From Bdellovibrionota bacterium (GTDB lineage Bacteria > Bdellovibrionota_G > JALEGL01 > DATDPG01), in NCBI GenBank assembly GCA_963668355.1, contig OY764265.1:1856001-1920000 (forward strand): 64,000 bases of DNA, in the 5' to 3' direction. Below are positions 60,578-64,000 of this stretch, in pieces. The position numbers and the translations under genes are program-made. The notes beneath the pieces are model-generated. The model was not told the origin of the DNA. It saw only the letters and a list, made by a program, of their open reading frames with translations, and did not search any database. The number at the start of each line of letters is the position of its first letter. The stretch's first letter is position 1.

Positions 60578-61455
60578 TTCCAAACGAGGAGAGATTGGCC
60601 AAAAACCTAAAACGAAGACGTTTCTTAGGGCATCTTTTTTTATTGGTTTGTGGAGGATCTGCGCTCCTTGGGGTCGTTCTTCTTTTGGTGCTTTTGTTTT
60701 CAGTGGGCCGGGACGGTTTGCAACATGTGGACTGGCATTTTTTAACGCATTTTCCTTCTCGTTTTCCAGTGAAAGCGGGGCTAAAAAGTGCCCTTTGGGG
60801 AAGTATTTGGCTCATTGGTTTCACAGCGGCCATCTCATTGCCGGTTGGGGTGGGTGCAGCCATCTATCTTGAAGAATTTGCAAGGCCCAATCGTCTGACG
60901 CGTTTCATTCAGTTGAACATTGCCAATTTGGCCGGGGTTCCTTCCATTGTTTATGGAATGTTGGGGTTGGTTATTTTTGTTCGTTGGATGTCTTTGGAAC
61001 GCAGTGTGATTTCAGGGGCGTTGACGATGAGTTTGTTGATTCTTCCTGTGATCATCATTTCTGCCCAGGAAGCCTTGCGGTCGGTTCCAAATTCAATTCG
61101 TTTGGCGGCGTTTGCCTTGGGAGGCACACGTTGGCAAACGGTTCGAGATCATGTTTTACCTCTTTCACTGCCGGGAATTCTTACCGGTACGATTTTGGCG
61201 ATGTCTAGGGCCATCGGAGAAACCGCTCCATTGATCATGATTGGCGCATTAACCTATGTCGCCTTTGTTCCGGAAAGTCCCAAAGATCCGTTCACCGCGC
61301 TTCCGATTCAAATTTTTAATTGGGCCTCTAGGCCTCAAGCGGCGTTTCATGAACTTGCTGCGGGAGGAATCATCGTTCTTCTTGTGTTGCTTTTATCCAT
61401 GAACGGTTTGGCTGTATGGCTGCGGCACCGTGCTCAGAAAGGAATCAAGTGGTAA
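60574..61455 (+). CDS. pstA: Phosphate ABC transporter permease
   Basis: [20 protein letters not shown]. Confidence 0.97.
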   Translation: MIPNEERLAKNLKRRRFLGHLFLLVCGGSALLGVVLLLVLLFSVGRDGLQHVDWHFLTHFPSRFPVKAGLKSALWGSIWLIGFTAAISLPVGVGAAIYLEEFARPNRLTRFIQLNIANLAGVPSIVYGMLGLVIFVRWMSLERSVISGALTMSLLILPVIIISAQEALRSVPNSIRLAAFALGGTRWQTVRDHVLPLSLPGILTGTILAMSRAIGETAPLIMIGALTYVAFVPESPKDPFTALPIQIFNWASRPQAAFHELAAGGIIVLLVLLLSMNGLAVWLRHRAQKGIKW

Positions 61456-62225
61456 CCCAATCCCCATCAATGAAGAACGAAGCCATTTTGGAAACAAAAG
61501 TGCTTTCCATCAAATATGGATCGAATCCTGCGGTGAAGGAAGTGTCGATTCCCATCCAAAAAAATTCTGTTACAGCGATCATTGGACCGAGTGGGTGTGG
61601 AAAAAGTACGTTGCTTCGAGCCTTCAATCGAATGAACGAATTTATTTCCAATGTGCAGACGTCTGGGGATATTTTGTTTCATGGAAAAAACATCAATGAA
61701 AAGGCCGTGGACGTGGTTGATCTAAGAAGAAGGATTGGAATGGTTTTTCAAAAACCCAATCCTTTTCCGAAATCCATTTATCGGAATGTGTCATGGGGCC
61801 CGAGCATCAACGGCTATGGAGGGAATGTTCAAGAACGGGTAGAGACCTCTCTGCGCCAGGCCGCGCTTTGGGAGGAAGTTAAAGATAAGTTGGATCAGGA
61901 CGGGCTTTCCCTCTCGGGAGGGCAACAACAGAGACTTTGTATCGCGCGAACGGTGGCCATGGAGCCGGAAGTCATTTTAATGGACGAACCCTGCTCCGCG
62001 CTAGATCCCATTTCGACGGGACGAATTGAAGATCTTTTGTTGGAGCTAAAGAAGCAATACACAATTGTGATTGTGACTCACAATATGCAGCAGGCGGCGC
62101 GGGTTTCAGATTTTACGGCCTTTATGTATCAGGGTGAAATGGTGGAGTTCGATGCAGCTGAAACGATTTTCACTCGTCCAAAAAACAAACGCACCGAGGA
62201 TTATGTTACGGGGAAATTTGGTTAG
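61449..62225 (+). CDS. pstB: Phosphate ABC transporter ATPase
   Basis: [33 protein letters not shown]; start 61449 or 61470. Confidence 0.98.
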   Translation: MVTQSPSMKNEAILETKVLSIKYGSNPAVKEVSIPIQKNSVTAIIGPSGCGKSTLLRAFNRMNEFISNVQTSGDILFHGKNINEKAVDVVDLRRRIGMVFQKPNPFPKSIYRNVSWGPSINGYGGNVQERVETSLRQAALWEEVKDKLDQDGLSLSGGQQQRLCIARTVAMEPEVILMDEPCSALDPISTGRIEDLLLELKKQYTIVIVTHNMQQAARVSDFTAFMYQGEMVEFDAAETIFTRPKNKRTEDYVTGKFG

Positions 62226-62234
62226 GAGATCAAT

Positions 62235-62903
62235 ATGTCCAGACATCTGCAACGTGAATTACAAAAACTCATGACCAACCTTCTCGCATTGGCAGAAAAA
62301 GTTGAAAAAGGTGTTTTGTTGGCGATTGAGTCCATTTATGAACAGGATCCCAAGCGAGCCAAGCGCGTGATTGAGGAGGATCAGTTTGTGGATCAAAAAG
62401 AGGTGGAAATTGAGGAAGACTGCCTAAAAATTTTAGCCCTTCATCAGCCGGTCGCTGAGGATCTTCGGGTCATCGCCGCGATCATGAAAATCAACAATGA
62501 TTTGGAACGCATGGGAGATGGCTCTGTGGGGATCGCCAAGCGAGTTTTACATATCACGAAAAAAGACCCCATTCCCGTTCCAAAGGATCTCCGAAAAATG
62601 ACGGACGCGGTCATTGAAATGGTTCAGAAAAGCTTAAACGCTTTCGTAAACAAAGATACAGATGTCGCTCGGTTGATTTGTTCAGCAGATGACGAAGTGG
62701 ATGTGTTGAACCGAAAGATATTGAAAGAATTACGTCAGCAAATGAAAGACTCTCCTGAGCAAATTGATGCGATTCTGGATGTCTTTTCTACGGTCCGTCG
62801 ATTGGAGCGAATTGCGGATTTAGCCACCAATGTTGCTGAAGACGTCATTTATATGGTTGAAGGAGAAATCGTTCGACACTTGAGAGATGACGACATTCAC
62901 TAA
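62235..62903 (+). CDS. phoU: Phosphate signalling protein PhoU
   Basis: QPVAEDLR, DLERMGD, LERIAD. Confidence 0.98.
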   Translation: MSRHLQRELQKLMTNLLALAEKVEKGVLLAIESIYEQDPKRAKRVIEEDQFVDQKEVEIEEDCLKILALHQPVAEDLRVIAAIMKINNDLERMGDGSVGIAKRVLHITKKDPIPVPKDLRKMTDAVIEMVQKSLNAFVNKDTDVARLICSADDEVDVLNRKILKELRQQMKDSPEQIDAILDVFSTVRRLERIADLATNVAEDVIYMVEGEIVRHLRDDDIH

Positions 62904-63020
62904 ATTTCGGCGGATGCTGAAAAATCCTTTGTTTTTCTAAGCCCCAATTCGTTTTCATTCTTCGTTTGATTTCGTTCGGGAAGCGGATAATCTGCGATCC
63001 GACAGGGAGGTCAAATAAAG

Positions 63021-64000
63021 ATGGGGACAGATTATGATGTTGTTTATAGACGTTCAATTGAGAACCGGGATCAATTTTGGGCGGAGGCTGCCGGAGCCAT
63101 TCATTGGGATCACAAGTGGACTCAAGTTTTGGATGAAGGGGAGGCTCCTTTCTACAAATGGTTTCCAGGTGGAAAGTTAAATACCTGTTACAACGCGCTG
63201 GATTACCATGTCGACCGAGGGCGAGGAAAACAAACCGCGCTCATTTATGACAGTCCTGTTACGGACACTGTTCGTAAGTATACATACACGCAGCTAAGAG
63301 ATGAGGTTGCTCAGATTGCTGGAGCTCTTGATCGGCAAGGGGTGAAAAAAGGAGATCGGGTCATCATTTACATGCCGATGATCCCGGAAGCCGTGATGTC
63401 CATGCTGGCCTGCGCTCGAATCGGAGCCATTCACTCTGTGGTGTTTGGAGGTTTTGCCGCGAAGGAGCTAGCTACACGCATTGACGATGCCAAGCCGAAG
63501 ATGATTCTCTCCGCATCCTGTGGAATCGAAACCAAACGCATCATTGCGTATAAACCCCTTTTGGATCAAGCCGTTGAATTGGCAAAGCATAAGGTTGAAA
63601 AATGTGTGATTTTTTCACGGCCCCAAGCTGAGGCGGAAATGAAACCCGGACGGGATCTAGGTTGGAAAGAGTTTCTTGAAGGCGCTCCGAAAGCAGAGTG
63701 CGTTTCCATAGAGGCCACGGACCCTCTCTATATTCTGTATACCTCTGGGACAACTGGTGTCCCCAAGGGAGTGGTACGTGACCATGGAGGTCACGCGGTC
63801 GCCCTTAAGTGGAGCATGAGTAATGTATATGGCGTAGGGCCTGGGGAAGTTTTCTGGGCGGCCTCGGACATTGGTTGGGTCGTAGGCCATTCGTATATTG
63901 TCTATGGTCCGCTCCTTCAAGGGTGCACCACGGTTCTTTATGAAGGAAAGCCCGTGGGGACTCCAGACCCTGGAGCTTTTTGGCGGGTGTGCTCGGAGCA
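63021..64000 (+). CDS. prpE: Propionyl-/acetyl-CoA synthetase, runs off the right edge
   Basis: Not in the ORF track. Manual translation: MGTDYDVVYRRSIENRDQFWAEAA...; YILYTSGTTGVPKG, ASDIGWVVGHSYIVYGPL; RBS GGAGG. Confidence 0.85.
   Translation, partial: MGTDYDVVYRRSIENRDQFWAEAAGAIHWDHKWTQVLDEGEAPFYKWFPGGKLNTCYNALDYHVDRGRGKQTALIYDSPVTDTVRKYTYTQLRDEVAQIAGALDRQGVKKGDRVIIYMPMIPEAVMSMLACARIGAIHSVVFGGFAAKELATRIDDAKPKMILSASCGIETKRIIAYKPLLDQAVELAKHKVEKCVIFSRPQAEAEMKPGRDLGWKEFLEGAPKAECVSIEATDPLYILYTSGTTGVPKGVVRDHGGHAVALKWSMSNVYGVGPGEVFWAASDIGWVVGHSYIVYGPLLQGCTTVLYEGKPVGTPDPGAFWRVCSE

Noticed and set aside
1..64000. Alternative genetic code or selenoprotein readthrough
   Set aside because: Conserved genes are full length under the standard code, and TGA/TAG/TAA all end genes at expected positions.

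Overview
Ordinary-looking chromosomal window from a Gram-negative bacterium of deltaproteobacterial grade (Bdellovibrionota/Myxococcota/Desulfobacterota-like; inferred from gene order and the long non-conserved region of RpoD). The left third is core genome: rpoN-hpf-ptsN-rapZ-ptsH-ptsI-metK, then rpsU-dnaG-rpoD-tRNA(CAT)-Zn ribbon-rnhA-rnpB, then efp, ahcY, fabG, polA and trxB. The middle holds c-di-GMP proteins, a fused otsAB, a NirJ/AhbD-like radical SAM enzyme, a TonB receptor-YfiR pair lacking its usual output gene, and a tandem-duplicated four-haem DHOR lipoprotein. From 38 to 53 kb lies an accessory surface-glycosylation region (five GT-C-type proteins including a TMTC-like one, plus a GT2). 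It surrounds an 886-aa B12-binding radical SAM protein with extra SPASM-like and PqqD/RRE-like domains. The right end has amtB, a PhoB-like regulator paired with an atypical MCP-sensor hybrid kinase, pstSCAB-phoU and a truncated acyl-CoA synthetase. Strongest sequence-level oddities: two inverted 95-bp hairpin elements with mirrored compensatory changes (23241-23663), and a polA whose conserved N-terminus lacks a canonical start codon. No CRISPR array, rRNA, integrase or transposase was seen. All family calls come from motif recognition by eye; no database search was run.
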